Source: Polymyxa betae A26-41 (taxonomy: Eukaryota > Protista > Endomyxa: Phytomyxea). Taken from it: DNA of 64,000 bases. Position numbers and translations under genes: made by a program. Every line of letters starts with the position of its first letter. The stretch's first letter is position 1. The DNA is taken from the NCBI GenBank assembly GCA_003693705.1, contig RBZT01000423.1:118114-182113 (forward strand), written 5' to 3'. The notes below the pieces were generated by a model that saw nothing but the letters and a program-made list of their open reading frames with translations, was not told the DNA's origin and ran no database searches. Positions 42,928-56,665 of the stretch are shown in pieces.

Positions 42928-43873
42928 TCACGTCGACGACGCCAGGTTACAGCTTGGTCCTGTCCATCCGCTCTCACAAATGCACTTCCCGACGCCATGT
43001 ACTCCATCACATACGCCGTTCGGCGAGCATGTCGTCGGGCACGGCTGACAATCAGCCCCATAACTGAATGCATAGTCAATCCAAGGCTCTAAAACTGAGC
43101 GGTTAAACCAATCGATTCAATTACCGGTTCGGTAAGCATTCATCGCACGCGACGCCTGTCATCCCAGTAGGACAGCCAGCAAATGACCAAGTCTGTCCAC
43201 AATACTCGCTGATAAATAATGAAGAACACAGCAGAGTAACCGTTGCCGAAGCTCGAATCTTGGCGCTAGCAACCCCAATTTTCATCAAATCGTCGGATAG
43301 AAGCGTCCTTGTAATTTGTTGTAGCGTATTCAGGTCATTATTGGCGAATTGTATGACAAGGTCGGTCTTCGGCGTCGACGGGTCGTCAGCTTCATCCGTC
43401 ATGCTTCCAGAATCGATATATTTTGAGTAGGAATTGATAATCAATGATGACTGTATAGGGACTGAGCCGGAGACGACAAAGTAGACCAGTAGTGGCGTTG
43501 CCGACGAAGAGGTTGTGCTGGACTGTTGCTGCGTCCTCGCCTGGATTGCTAAAGGCGATATGAAGTAAAGCACCGAACAGCAGCTTAACACCGACAGGAA
43601 TACGATTATAAGCAGGTTGCCGACATCCCTTGGATTTCTTCTTGTCGTGGGTAGTGCTTGGACGGCCGGCGTATTTTGTTTAAGCTTATTCTTGACAATC
43701 TGGAAGCGATCGGATTGGTTGTTTGGGGATGATGGAAACTGCTGATGGGATTGCAGCTCGAGCGCATTGTCTGCATGATATGGCTGCTCTTCCTTATCAT
43801 TGTCTTTGCCGACAGAATGGGGCGACACTTTGGCGCTGACTGCATCGCTGTCAGCACTAATGGCAGACTTCAT
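42928..43873 (-). CDS. Type II membrane protein with C-terminal EGF/laminin-EGF-like repeats
   Basis: Internal TM LLIIVFLSVLSCCSVLYFI; CPTGMTGVACDECLPNR|YGADCQPCPTTCSPNGVCDG...CICESGWTGPSC. Confidence 0.8.
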
Positions 43874-44184
43874 TTCCCATAATACGATGCGCGTGGTTGA
43901 TTTTTTGAAAAATATCTGGGTCTGACATCGTTTTGGCGTTGCATGTATTATCATGTTTTATTTTTATAAAAGATTTCGCCAATATTTTTCAGTTTCGGGT
44001 AGTATTGTTCTTCTGTAGTTTTGGCTAGACGAATAAATAAACTTGCATCAAATTTATCTTACAGGGAAGCAAAAGCATTTTCTTCATTAGGCAATTAGTG
44101 TTTATGGATTTAAAATTGTTAGAATCCCTAACCAGATGGAGGAGTGGCAGGGTCGCCCCAGCTTTTATCGCAGAAATTGTTATT

Positions 44185-45008
44185 ATGATGTCGGCTGTTA
44201 ACTTAGTGGTGCCGATCGCCCTGGTCTTGCTGGGTCTGGCCCATGCCCGAGACCCTGAACAGGACGCTGTCATTCCTGTGGAGAAGATTCGCAGCTTGCA
44301 TGCCGACAATTATGAAGGCATCGTTGGAGTTGGAGGCGGCGACTGGCTTATCCGATTGTATTAACTTTCTGCTTTTGTCGTTCTTGTTCTTTTTCAGTTG
44401 TTGAAATTTGCAGCTTGGAAGAAGATTGTCTGTCTTCAGTATTTAGCTTCTTATCTCTAATTGAATGCTCTTAAACTATTCCAGTTTTTCGCCAAGTTGT
44501 GGTGTCTGTAAGGACACACATAAGACGTGGGAAGATTCTGTGGATCAGATCGGAGATGACTCTATGAAATTCGGTGCCATTGACTGCCTTGAAGATCCAG
44601 GTGATAATACATAATCAGGATCGTTGCCTCTCTGACAACGTCCAGAGCTGTGCCGAATTTTCGAAATTAAATGGTACCCGACCATTAAGCGAATCTCTAA
44701 CAATCAAGTCTACGAATACTCAGGAGCCCCAGGCAAAGCAGAAAATATTGTCGAATTTGCAAAGACCGGATGGGCCCATGTAAATCCTGTCCTTCGTCCT
44801 AAGTATGTACAACGACGTCTTTGAATTATCCATTTGTACTCATACAACGTATTGACCAATTCTGTTCAGGATTGGCGATAAGCCTAAGACTCGTTCATCT
44901 CCTATGCTCTTCATTCTGATTGGATTCGGTTGCATTCTGGCATTAGGCTACACGATGATGAGATTACCTTCAAACCCCCGATTGAAGAAAGGCGGGTTGC
45001 TCGATTGA
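44185..45008 (+). CDS. Thioredoxin-domain type I membrane protein (TMX-like)
   Basis: Signal peptide, DWLIRF|FSPSCGVCK (CxxC), FGAIDC, cis-Pro loop YPTIK, and C-terminal TM helix. Confidence 0.82.
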
Positions 45009-45151
45009 TATCCTAGCAAATGAAATGGCACTATCGATTTCACATTGTATTCATTTGAGTAGCAGATGGTTTTCAGTTCCAATAGAAAGTGGCAGAGAAA
45101 TAAAAAATCTGGTGAACTCAGAAATATCTGAAAACATATTCAGATTATGTA

Positions 45152-46365
45152 ATGGAGGAACACCCCAAATCGGCTTTGCTAACGTCGTTGCCGCCTCCCA
45201 AGCCTAAACAGCTAGCACCATTGGTCGGTGCTCGTTCCATTTCTAAACCAACTGGAACATCGTCACCATGGGAACAGTCTGCCATTCCCAAAACCCCCGT
45301 CGATATCGTTAAACTTGCTAGGCGACAAGTTTCTCCAGAACCGGTCGTCAGCGCTCAATTACCGGGGACCATAGAGCATGACAATCAACGTCCAAAAACG
45401 CCCGAGTCGGCGACGTCATCAAAACATTCGCGAGGGCGTCGCTCGACAGTCTCTGCAGACCTGGAAGACACTGTACCCAAGATAGATCTCTCTGGGCGTC
45501 GAGATAGTCCAGTGGACATCTCTTTCTTGAATGAGAAGTCTTCCGAGCAAAAGTTGCCATCGTCAAGGAAGCTCTCATTACCATCAACGAATCCTAAAGA
45601 ACATGTAAGATACATTTTTGCAAAGTTTCTTATTTGTATTGAATTTTATTATGAGGTTTATCTGATTTTGCTTCAGCAGTATCTGATAATCTATGTTCAA
45701 TAGGGAGTCATTGAAACCGAACCAGGTAGCTCTATTATATCTGATATGATGTTAGTTTGCTGAGAACGAGGCGAAACAGAATTAGATAAGGAAGTGATCG
45801 ATTCACTGTTCAGGGCTGGTCGACAATCAAATCACAAACGGGTTTCAGGTCCTGCTATTCCTTTCCATTTGTTAATCTGTTTTGCAGGTGATTGAAATTC
45901 TGGAAAAATATCCTTATTTTGATATCGATATTCGTGACGAATTCGAGAATACATTATTGATAGTTGCCGGTACGGTAGCAGTTTCACTAAACGGATTTCG
46001 TCATGATTCGTTTGTACAGCTTCGCAGAACTGCAAACGGTTATTGAAAGAATGCTTACGAAGAGGTGCCAATGTTAACGCTCAAAACGTAAGTTGCACGA
46101 TGTTATGAATGATACTGTTCCTAATGTACATAGTGGCAAGGGAATACAGCAGCACATCAGGTATCTTATCTGTGCAGAAAATGGCTGCCAAAAATGTAAA
46201 ACGAATATGTTTCAGGCTTTCCGGTTTCAATATCATGAGTTGGGGAACTACATTCTCGAAAAAGGAGCCGACGTTATGCTTTGCAATCAAGAAGGGCAAA
46301 GTGTGTTGTCGTTTGCGGAAGAATCCGCCGACCGATTGAACGCATTGGAACGAAAGTCGAACTGA
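45152..46365 (+). CDS. Ankyrin-repeat protein with disordered N-terminus
   Basis: LRRGANVNAQN|...GNTAAH|...YILEKGADVMLCNQEGQS. The N-terminal half is S/P-rich. Confidence 0.75.
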
Positions 46366-47273
46366 GGCGAAGTTTCATCATTTGCCGTTGTTCTAAAGGA
46401 TAATGCCGATCAGCTTGTAGAACAGTAAAAACTCCTGCTCAAATATAAAAACGTTGTCACCCGATTCTGATGTCTTTTGTTCTTCGATGATGATAAATGG
46501 CAATCCTGCCTCGTGCCGGCCAGTCTATAGCTGGATTGCCATCATTCTGCACTGCAATCAGCATTAATGTATTGACACGAACGGGTCGATTGCTTCCCGC
46601 TTCAACTGGGCCAGATCCAGATAGATCGCGACTTCATACGAATCGATTGGTGAGGCAACGATTTTGAAGGTTACATCAGTTCTGTTCCGAAAGACTCTAT
46701 TTATAGAACGCCTGCAAAGGAATAAGTTTCTCGATTCACGACCAGTTCAGTTGAAAATCGGCTGCACGCTTCCTCTACCGCTTATTTGTATTCACGTTGG
46801 AGATCCGATACACGTAGGTTTTGAGGGCTTAAATGATAGTGGCAATTGAAGTTGATCGCTCTGCTCTGTTATACGTTGTTTCATATGCTATGCAGCGCCA
46901 TGAAAAATTCATAAACACTTATAGAGTAATTCGTTGCTTAGCGAAAATGTCGGTAAACAAGTCATATCCAGATCTCGCTTAGCAGTAGCAACTAAGCAAC
47001 TACTTTGAGTCCACAACGTTCTTGTAGCAAGGGATTAGTAATAGGATTATCGTAAGTCGTAACCTACTTTCAAATAGCTTCATTTACGTGGCACACACCT
47101 CCAGGTAATCCAGCAATGGACCTGCTAAAAACTGCAATTGCTTTAAAAAATCCATAAATTTTGAATCAATCTCTGATATCGGCTTTGTTACTAACCACAA
47201 ACAGAAACAAGAGAGTAATTTCAGTAGCGACGAAAGCCTACGATTAAAAAATAAACCGTCAAAATATATATTA

Positions 47274-50200
47274 TTATATAGGTAATTGGCGAGAAAGCGG
47301 CATCACGTTTGTGTCGTACAGCTTCACAAACAAATGATGGAGTGACATTCGAACAACTTTGTCTTTGCACATAACTAAGTCTATCAGAATAGAGCATAGC
47401 CGATCGAAAATTGATTGCGAAATTGTGGACGATCGAATTTCTGCAAATTCTTTAAACACTAAAAACGCAACAGGCAGGTTCCAATACGTACTGGAATGCT
47501 CATCCAAGAGTCGACAGATTAGCTCCCTTTCCGAGTCATACTCCTTTTGAAGAATTATAAGCTCAAAAAAAAACAAAGCAGAACCCCTTACAGATCTTGA
47601 TTGATCGGAAAGAATGAAATGCTTGATCAGGTAGTTTGTAATATTGTTGAAGATATCAATGCCATACCTAACAATGTCGTCTTCGTCACGCTCTGAGGAA
47701 AAATCAAAGCATTAAAATATGGGTATGCGTTTTTGCAAAAACCATACTGATCATGGATAATGAAAGCGATATATGCAATCTGGCACAAACGCATGAATCG
47801 CATGCAAGATCGTAAGAAGACGTCCATTGCAAGACCAAGTCGAGGCAAGATCCAATCTAATGATTGTAGGTAAAGTTTAGCCAACAAAAAACGCTGATTA
47901 CGATTAAGAAATGACAGCAGGCCCAGGACGAACTAAACAGTGATACAGAGGATTCTGTCATCTCCATCATCAGGACCAGAACAGCAGCTTTGGTCAATAG
48001 CTCAGAAGACTGAGCTCGCGATCCTTTCACATTGGTTTCAACAACCGGTTGCAAAACTTCTGAAATTGAAATAAGACAATGTAAAGCATATTTTCTGAAG
48101 AGCTGTTAACCTATCTTAGTGCAATGATCCTCCATTATATTGCAAATGCAGCGAATTGACTGCAAAAAATTCAGCCTGACAGCCCACATTTTCGTCAGAA
48201 TACCTCAGTCCAATGATCAGCCGAGAATGACTTGGCATTGTGTTTGAGTAAGACAACCAAACAGTCGATGCCAATCTGACCGAAACTTGTATTATGGCGT
48301 CGAGTACCGGCCATGATAACATTCCTCAGTAGTGCCAAAACCTGGATCGTCAGCTTATTATTCAAAGCCCGATCGATAGCTGTAATTACCTGTGGTAAGA
48401 GGAAGTGAACCAAGTTGAAGTAATCGTTAAAGATCTCGACTACAGCAGAAAGAGCCGCTAAACAGCTAGTTGAGAACCAAATGATCAGGAAATCCTCATC
48501 TGATTCTACACAGCCTATGAATATCAGACGATAAAACAACCTATCCGCCAACCTTGATTTGGCTCAGTTAAACTGCTGTTCTTAGGAGTGACATCATGAA
48601 CGGTTCTTGTAACATCAGCGAACAGTGGCATCATGACCACACTAAACAAAAGTCGCCAGGTTTGCTGAGAGAAATCGGCACCATGTTTCCGAAGAACCTG
48701 TGGAAGCAGTCAGACTTCTGTTGTTGCAAGCGAAGGATTTTGAATCAGCGCCCACCCTTTGTAATACTGTTAGTGCCCGAGTCCTTACAGTTAGTCGTAC
48801 ATCCCCAACCGCCTTGGAAAGTCCAGTTAAAGCAAGCAGCCAAACACCAGCGTTGGACTGAATAGGTTCAGCAGAACTAAAAGATGGACTGCGCTGAGCA
48901 TGGTTCTCGCTAATAAGAGATCAGTTATGCAGCGAACGCGCGATGAGAAAAATTACTCTGCGGTCGTTGCAAGATCTGAATGCTCTTCGGGTTGTGACAA
49001 AGAGAGTTGGTGCAAATGCCCAGCAACGACCTCCAGTAACCCGACAGCCTCCAGAGTCAGGTCAGTATGTCTACAATTGCAGTTAGGAACGATGTTATAG
49101 ATGCCTTCGTTAACCGACTTTGATTCAACGAAAGCTATGAGACACTGCACAACTTCAATCGAAGTGTCCGTTTGGCCGCCTTTCATGATGACATCGCAAT
49201 GTTCAATGAGTAAACGTGATGCAGTTTGTAAAGTTAATGTAGCAGCAGCCAACGAGTTATCGTGGGCAGATTCTTCAAACACGCTCCAGACAATCCTCCA
49301 ACCGCTCTTCACATTGTCGACTCGTGCCAATACTAATCTTGAAAGGCACTGAACTATAAATTCACGAATTTCACTAGATCGAGTCCATCTAAATTGAAAC
49401 TTAGCCTTAAGAGCGCAAACGCAGGATGACAGACCTCATGATTGCATCAAAAGGTTTAAGAAATTGGACTTGAAATTCATATTTTGAAAGCTCGTCTTTT
49501 TCAAGAAATTTATTCGCGAGCTGTCGAAGAGAGTCTATCGCATAAATTGCAACATTCAAATTGGGATGCTGTCCCGCTTTTGTCAAATGAGAAGCGATCG
49601 GGGTCCAAATGCGCGACCTGATCAATATTATTAGATCAAGTCAAATTATGAATCATTCGCTTACCAAACCAAACGAATGCGATCCATATTGTAGTATGTA
49701 ATCTCAACCAGCTTTTGGAGAGAGAAAATTCGAGCGTTGGTGAGTTCATTAACTGAGACCGAACAGAGCTGATCCACAAAATGGATAATGCCCTCAGCAT
49801 TCAGAGACGATGACCGGGCAAATATTCGATCAACGACTGAGGTTTCAATCGAAGACATCAGCGATACAGAGTTGGCTGCATCCGCTGCTGTTGTTTTAGG
49901 TACATTCGCTTCGAAAAATTGAGCATCAGGCTGAGCGCCAGTACTGAGCAACAAGCAACTTAACGATGACAGAGAATAAGAAAACGAATATTACCCAATC
50001 AAATGTAGCCTGTCTAACTCTGATACACATCGCAGTATAACGCCCCATGATTCTTTGATATAATTACCCTCTCTAAGGGCAACATCCTTGAGCAAAACGC
50101 GAATCGCTTCGATGTTCTTTGCTTGCATCATAGACGACGTAGTAACTCCAGCTCCTCCAAGCAGAGTATGTGTGGCTAATGAATTTATGAAGGCAATTCG

Positions 50201-53200
50201 AGCGGTCTCCATATTGAACCGAGACGCTAGTAATATACATTGCCTATACAGATCCAAGCAGAGGCGAATTGTCTCGGGATTAACGTGATCGCCCTGTAAA
50301 AAGACTTAAGATATATAGTCCTACAAAACAATCATCGATTTACCTGCATGTGCATGCTGCACATAACTAAAACAGCACCCCATAACGAATTGAACATTGG
50401 CTGAACAATCGTGGTGTCTTCGGCAGATGACTGTAGATAGCAGCTGTTACTATTGGGCAGCTGGGCGTTGTTCAGAAGTGCGGTCGTGATGGCCATCATT
50501 CGATCAACATCTTTGTTATAGTATTCTTGACGCTTGGAAGCGGATTGTACAACAGAACTAGAGCTGTAAACGAGTGAGCTCAATCGGAGCTCTACAGACA
50601 CAGTTATCGTTACCTTTCGTTCATCTTAATTTCATCGTTAACAATTCGGTCGTAAATTTCTGAAAGAAATTCTTTTGGTAGATCTTGACCGTCATTTATG
50701 CCTCTGTTGTTACTTATGAATTGTTCTTTCGTCATACGATCCCTGGAGAAGCGTTAAAACAAAGTTATTTCCTTTAAGAATTCATGGCAAACTTGTGCTT
50801 TAACAGTGGATTATGGGCATCCGTATTCAGCATGATAATTGCATAAGAAAGAACATAGGCAACGTCAGCTGTTGCAAATACGCCAGCATTGCAAAGGCAG
50901 AAGCGTTCCGCGAACTTCTCCATCATCCTGTCAATGACTTGAGATTCTCCTAGAAAGAAAATCAATCACTTTCCCGAAGTCGGCGAGGAGAAATACCCGG
51001 CAAACGAAATCCGGCAAGAAATTTTCGGAGAGCAGCATCGACCTGAAGTTCTTCAAACGACATCAAGTCGACATAGGCGTACATGACTTCACGATTGAAC
51101 GGCTGATGCCCACCCATAAATTCGCCAATAGCCTAAACCAATAGGTTTGCAATGTAACTTGAGAAAAGCTCGAGCTCATGACCTGTTTATCGAGCCCTTT
51201 TGTGTTCATCAAAAACTTAGCGACTTCTTGGGCCGAACTCCCGTCAACGATTCCCTTTTCGTGCAGGTATGCAATGCCGTGTTTCGGCTTCTGATTGAAT
51301 TTATGTATTCCCGCCTGCAAATCAGCAGCAACCAGACGCTTTCTTTCAAATTTTACTGAGACAACATCCCAGGCACCGGCGCTCAGATTTTTGGGACTAT
51401 TGGCTCTCGAAACTTTTAGAGTATTATCGCTGGAATTGGTAACTGGCTCTGATCCAGCAGCTGATTGCTCATGAAACCGGACCAACGAGGTCACCAATTC
51501 ATCTGTGCACTGCAGCGATTCGAAACGAACTTCTGGCGAGCAGTGTAGACCGTTCGTGGTTTCTAGAACCTGCCCAGAAGTCATTTATGTCCAACAGTAT
51601 CCAAATTATTGGTCATACCTTGCAAATATGCTCGTAAACATTCATAGTCTGGCCAGACGCGACATCACCGGAATCACAATCGTAATTCAAGAAAATGTCG
51701 ACTATGGTTCGTTTCTCGCTGCAAACCGATTTCCGGAGAGTTCGCAAGATGGCGATCTTGTGGGCATCCGAGGAGTTCGGGCTCTCAGCAACACCCAAAA
51801 ACACAGTATCAAGAAGCACGCCAATTTCGGTTTTTAAAACGGCTTTGAATTCGGTAATCTAGCCTCAAGATAAATGCAGGGAATTTTTCAGGATTGCAAA
51901 ATGGAATACCTGCATCATTGATGCAAATAAATCGAGAGTTAGTTGCAAAACGAAATGCGAGTGCGACACACCGTTTTTTAACAGTGAAGGTATCAGAAGT
52001 TTCTTAACACCAGTTATAAAGCGGCCGGAATTTCTGAAAAACGGTCCACAATGCTGCACAATTTCGTTAAGTAAAACGAGAGAGAACATTTTCGATTTCA
52101 GAGACAAATCGTCCTCGTCACTCGGTAACGGTTTAACAGAGAGCTTGCAAAGAGACTGAAACAAGGCGAGAGCGTCCTTTTGCAGCGCCAATGCATTCCT
52201 TCTCAAAGTCGAAATGTCTGCGCTGGTCTCACTGCTGTTGATGCTGAGATCACTGACTTTTGTCGAACGAGAACCATTGAAGATCCTCGATTCGGGTGCG
52301 ACTTCGATGCTTAGTTTCTCGACAATATCGATTAGTTCGCCAATGACACAACGAATAATATCGGATTCGTCAGAAACCGAGCTGCTTTCAAAAGCATCAT
52401 CATTGCCACTCGAGCCCTCATCAATCTTCGAGTACTCTTCGTCTTTTTCCTGCATCTTATCAATGGGGCAGGTTACGAACTTTTTCGAGGCCTCTTCCAT
52501 CCGACCGAAAATGGACATTAAAATTTCAGATAAAGCACTATGAGCTAATTTCCTCCTGGGACAAAGCGGTGCTGCAGACGCCCCTCCATATAAATAAATC
52601 TGATAGCAGGCTCGCACCGCCATCATAAGTGTTTGGCCGTGTACACAGCATGCGTGGTTTGTTATGGCAGTTCTAAGAACGATAACGACCTGCATCTGAA
52701 CAGTTTCCTCGGTCGTTTCTCTTCCAGCCTATGTTGACGTTGAATATTATCATCCTTTAACAGTCGCGTTTGTATAACCTGAGCTATAACAGAAACAGCA
52801 TTATCAAACGCAGGGTCCGAGCTTATATTGCTGGTTAAGAATCTATACAGTTTTAGTGTGAAGCTATCGCTGTATGAAGTTCCCGTACGAATGCGAAAAC
52901 AAGCGCTCTAGGCCTTGAAGCGATAGAATTTGTTGTTTGGTTGATTGGGGCGATTCCAGCAGCGAGATGGCCGGATGAATAGCAGCCAGGAAAATCGTTT
53001 TATTCAACGTGCCGCCAGCTTCAACAAAGCTTTTGGCAGCTGCATCGCAGAGCTCTTTTATGGAAGCCTAAACTCATTTCATTACGAGTTTTTTGAGTCT
53101 GCATCCACGGACCTGTTTTCGAGTGCAAGTCGAGGCCATACGCTCATAGAGCGTGTGCAATGGGAGTGGCTCGCCCGATGAACTAGCATCGCCCAAGAGC

Positions 53201-53202
53201 AT
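47274..53202 (-). CDS. Large Sec7-domain ARF guanine-nucleotide exchange factor (BIG/Sec7 type), many exons
   Basis: DCB/HUS motifs ([14 protein letters not shown]), [14 protein letters not shown]|[24 protein letters not shown] motifs [28 protein letters not shown] and KSGW. Confidence 0.95.
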
Positions 53203-53834
53203 CTGACCTAGCTCGGCTGGTCAGCGATACTGCATGAGAACGTCAAAGACCAGAAATCAAAATGTAGAACCGACGAGGTGGGACCGATAGGCGCTCCAGA
53301 GCTAGAACTTGGGGCGGCGCAGCCTCAATGTTACGTTACCCTGCTTTGTTTGAATGAGATCAATAGCGTCGCTGACGACGTCGCTTTCTATTCAATGTAT
53401 CACATCGTTTGCCATTGCCATTATAGTTCTTACCTTAGAATTGCTTTCTCTGTAGCTTCCGGCTGCCGTCGTTAGAAAGCAAGATTCTCAGACACAGATA
53501 CCATCGTTTGCCACAATTTGAGCTTTTTGCGAAATCAAGAATTGGTTGCAGATGGCGAGTTTTTCCCAGAGACAAGCCTGAAGATGATTCGAGATCGAAA
53601 ATGCTTCCACTGAAGCTAATTCTCGAATCATTGCTTTTATTATTTGGTTTGATAAACGCACGCAGTAAGCAATATGCAGCTATCACACCATAGTTTCCTT
53701 TGCTGTCTAATTAGATCTGCTTTCTGCAGTTGTGGCTTTCTCTGACATCATCTTACAGCACTTTTGCATGACGACTACGAATTATCAGTCAATCGCAGTC
53801 CGTTAAAATAGTTATCGGTCAATTTATTGCGTAA

Positions 53835-54612
53835 ATGGGAGCAATATTCGGAAAGAAAAAGTCAGGTTCCCGTCAGAATGCCGCTTTCAGCAGCCGCGAT
53901 CGTGCTGTCTACGAACTCAAAGTACAGCGTGATCGACTGAAGAAATACATCGCCAACAATGATGTCTTGATCGAGCGCGAAGTGGCCATTGCCAGGCAGT
54001 TATTGAGCCAAGGAAAGAAAGAGAGAGCCCGACTGGTCATCAGGAAAAAGAAGTACCTCATTTAAAGCGAAACAATTCACAACATTGCTCACCACTTTTT
54101 TGTGTAGATTTCTGGAATCTACTATAGAGAAGGCGATGGCAAAAATCGCCAATGTCGAAGAACTCGTTAATTCAATCCAGTTCGCAGAGATGTCTGCACA
54201 AGTTTTTGCTGCTTTGAAAGATGGTTCTGAAACTCTGCAGCAGATTAATGCCCAAATGGTATTTTTAAGTTTTTAACACCTTTTATTATTTGTCTGCTGC
54301 AATGGATGCTCTCTATTTTCCACTAGCATTTGCTAAATGTCACATTAGGATATTGACGAGGTTGCCAAATTGATGGACGACACAGCCGAAGCCATCAGCT
54401 ATCAAGAAGAGATTTCGAACTTGTTAGGCACCCAGCTCAGTACTGACGACAATCTCGCAGCTGAGCAGGAACTCGAACGTATTGAAATGGAAGAGGCTGC
54501 TAAGCTCGAACTGCCTTCAGTTCCAACCAAATTGACAGAGGCTTTGGAGACAGAATCTATCGAGCATGTCGAAGAAACAGAGGAAAGAGAAAGGGAGGTT
54601 ATGGTGCAATAG
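53835..54612 (+). CDS. VPS20: ESCRT-III subunit VPS20/CHMP6
   Basis: Myristoylation-type MGAIFG, DRAVYELKVQRDRLKKY, LMDDTAEAISYQEEI and ELPSVP. Two introns. Confidence 0.93.
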
Positions 54613-54868
54613 CTGATCATGAAAATTTGGTCTGTAAACTATCAGTTTAAAGTCTGTGTTACGATTCAATTACGAAAAGCTCTCTCATCAATGTTCATCT
54701 AAACATAAACTGAATTATGTCAATTCTATGAGATCAGTGATGTTCGTCTGAGCCCTTGATAGGTTTACACACATACAGCGTACCAAAGTATATACAAACA
54801 GTGTAAGTTATCAAATACTACGAACATCTGGTGTTTGAAGCTTCCTTCCGAATAATGAACTTGCTAAA

Positions 54869-55881
54869 ATGCAGCAACATGAAAGTTTGCGGTCTGCTGA
54901 TTGTACATATCGAAATCGCAGCTCAAAAATCGCAAGCGTGCCCTCTAAATTTCGATCGAAAGATCTCATGGGTGGCGATGGGACTCTTGTCGAGCGTATT
55001 TATAAATACCTGGAGACCAGCGCTGCTGAGAAATGGCGTCAAGAATGCCGCCCAGATCGGGTACCAAGAGATTCCAATGCATATTGCTCGCCATTAAGAA
55101 GTCCTCGGCATCGGCGCTTGCACGCCGCCAGACCTTGCTCTGGCATAATGGACTCTTTACCACCAATTGGGTTCAGGCTGACTCATGAAGTCATCAAACC
55201 ATCAATTCATGGCCTTCAAGAAGCTGTTGAGCATCATTGCTCAAACCATCGTCAAGGGTACCTAGCATATATCCCATCCACATGGGACGGCATGACGCTC
55301 AACGAACCAAGATTCGTGAAGTATGACGCCGAGCCGCAGACTATTAAAGAACGTGAAAGTCTTGAAAGGAGGCAGGTGGAGGCGTTCGCCTATATGAAAC
55401 AGGAGCTGTATAAGATGAGGCAGCCCTTAAGCCCTCAAGACCACGGATCGCAGACAGAGAGATTCCATCGCAAGATGAAACCTGAATATGATCTTCGGTT
55501 GCCACCAGCTGTACATAGCAGATCTTTCCCTTCAAGCGGCTCAGGTAGAGACAATTTTGGGAAAGTGTTTCTCGTCTGGAATCCGAATTCCTTTATGCTT
55601 GATATGTTGCTGAGTGATTGTATCTAGGAGGAGATGATCATTGGAGTGAGGCAGTTCTCGGGTCGGGAGAAGATCAACATCCGGGTCAACTCGAAAGGCG
55701 GCGAAACCGCGCTCAGCGACTTCGTGATTTGGAGACACATGGAAGGCCATTTAATATCGTCACCGGGACGTCAATAGACATTTACCGGCCACAATTCGAT
55801 CCTGAACTGTTCGTTAAACGTCATTCATGCATTCACCCAAGCTTAATCGATTTCGGTTGGAAACACGGCTGGTGGAAGTGA
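54869..55881 (+). CDS. Hypothetical protein (two exons)
   Basis: The 252-aa ORF joins the 55618 frame via an intron at ~55545-55627. GRPFNIVTG near the C-terminus. Confidence 0.65.
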
Positions 55882-56040
55882 TTTCTGAGCAATCTTCACA
55901 ATAAAATTTTTATGCTGGATTGTTGATAAAATTGCACATCTTTGAAAACCATTGTTATAAAGTTTCCATTTCGTTAAGAAGTTGCTTTGACGATTAACAT
56001 TTATCACTTTTAATATTAAGATTTAGTGAATGATAGGTTA

Positions 56041-56435
56041 TCATCGATAGGGATGGAACGGGACATGCCTGCATACAGCAGGCCTGAGTGGATATGCTGG
56101 CGCTGGAACGATAACAGTCTTTGTCAGCTGTGGTGTAGGCGAAGGAATCTGCTGTGTCGTGCTCATATAGTCTATAAACCTGTATAGCTCCTCGATCAAA
56201 TCCGTTGCAGATTTTAGCCTGGATTCCAACTCCAGAACATAGGCGCGCTTCCGCTCGCGACTCTCCTGGGCACTTAGTCGATTACGAATCAATCTAGGGA
56301 TCCCACATCAGATCAGCAGGCAAGCGTTAGCGAAAGTCGAAACCGTTTCTGTCTTCTCGAATCTTCCAGTGATTTCTCAGAGTCGGAAGGCAGGGATTTC
56401 CTGTCGACGGCAGTTGACACGTTCTCGTTCGACAT
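56041..56435 (-). CDS. Small bZIP transcription factor
   Basis: RRQKR|LIRNRLSAQESRERKRAYVLELESRL: invariant N-x7-R basic region followed by a short zipper. One intron. Confidence 0.88.
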
Positions 56436-56460
56436 GTCGCGTGTCGTTGGGTTTTTGTTG

Positions 56461-56665
56461 TGACGAGCTGATCGATCATCGGGTGGTCGGGATTGCTAGA
56501 GCTGTTGGTGACGCTTCCAGGGACGAGCTTCAGCCTTTCAGGTGAGGGAGCCTAGGTGGCGGCGCCCCCAGCTTAGCGTCATAGTGACGCGGTAAAATCC
56601 AAACTTCACCAGTGGCTCCAGGGACGATGCAGTGTCACTCTGCCATCAGTGCAACTGCAACGTCA
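56461..56665. promoter_or_regulatory. Cluster of TGACG (CRE/ATF half-site) motifs upstream of the bZIP gene
   Basis: TGACG at 56461 and 56509, inverted pair GCGTCA-tag-TGACGC at 56576-56590, CGTCA at 56661. Confidence 0.45.
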
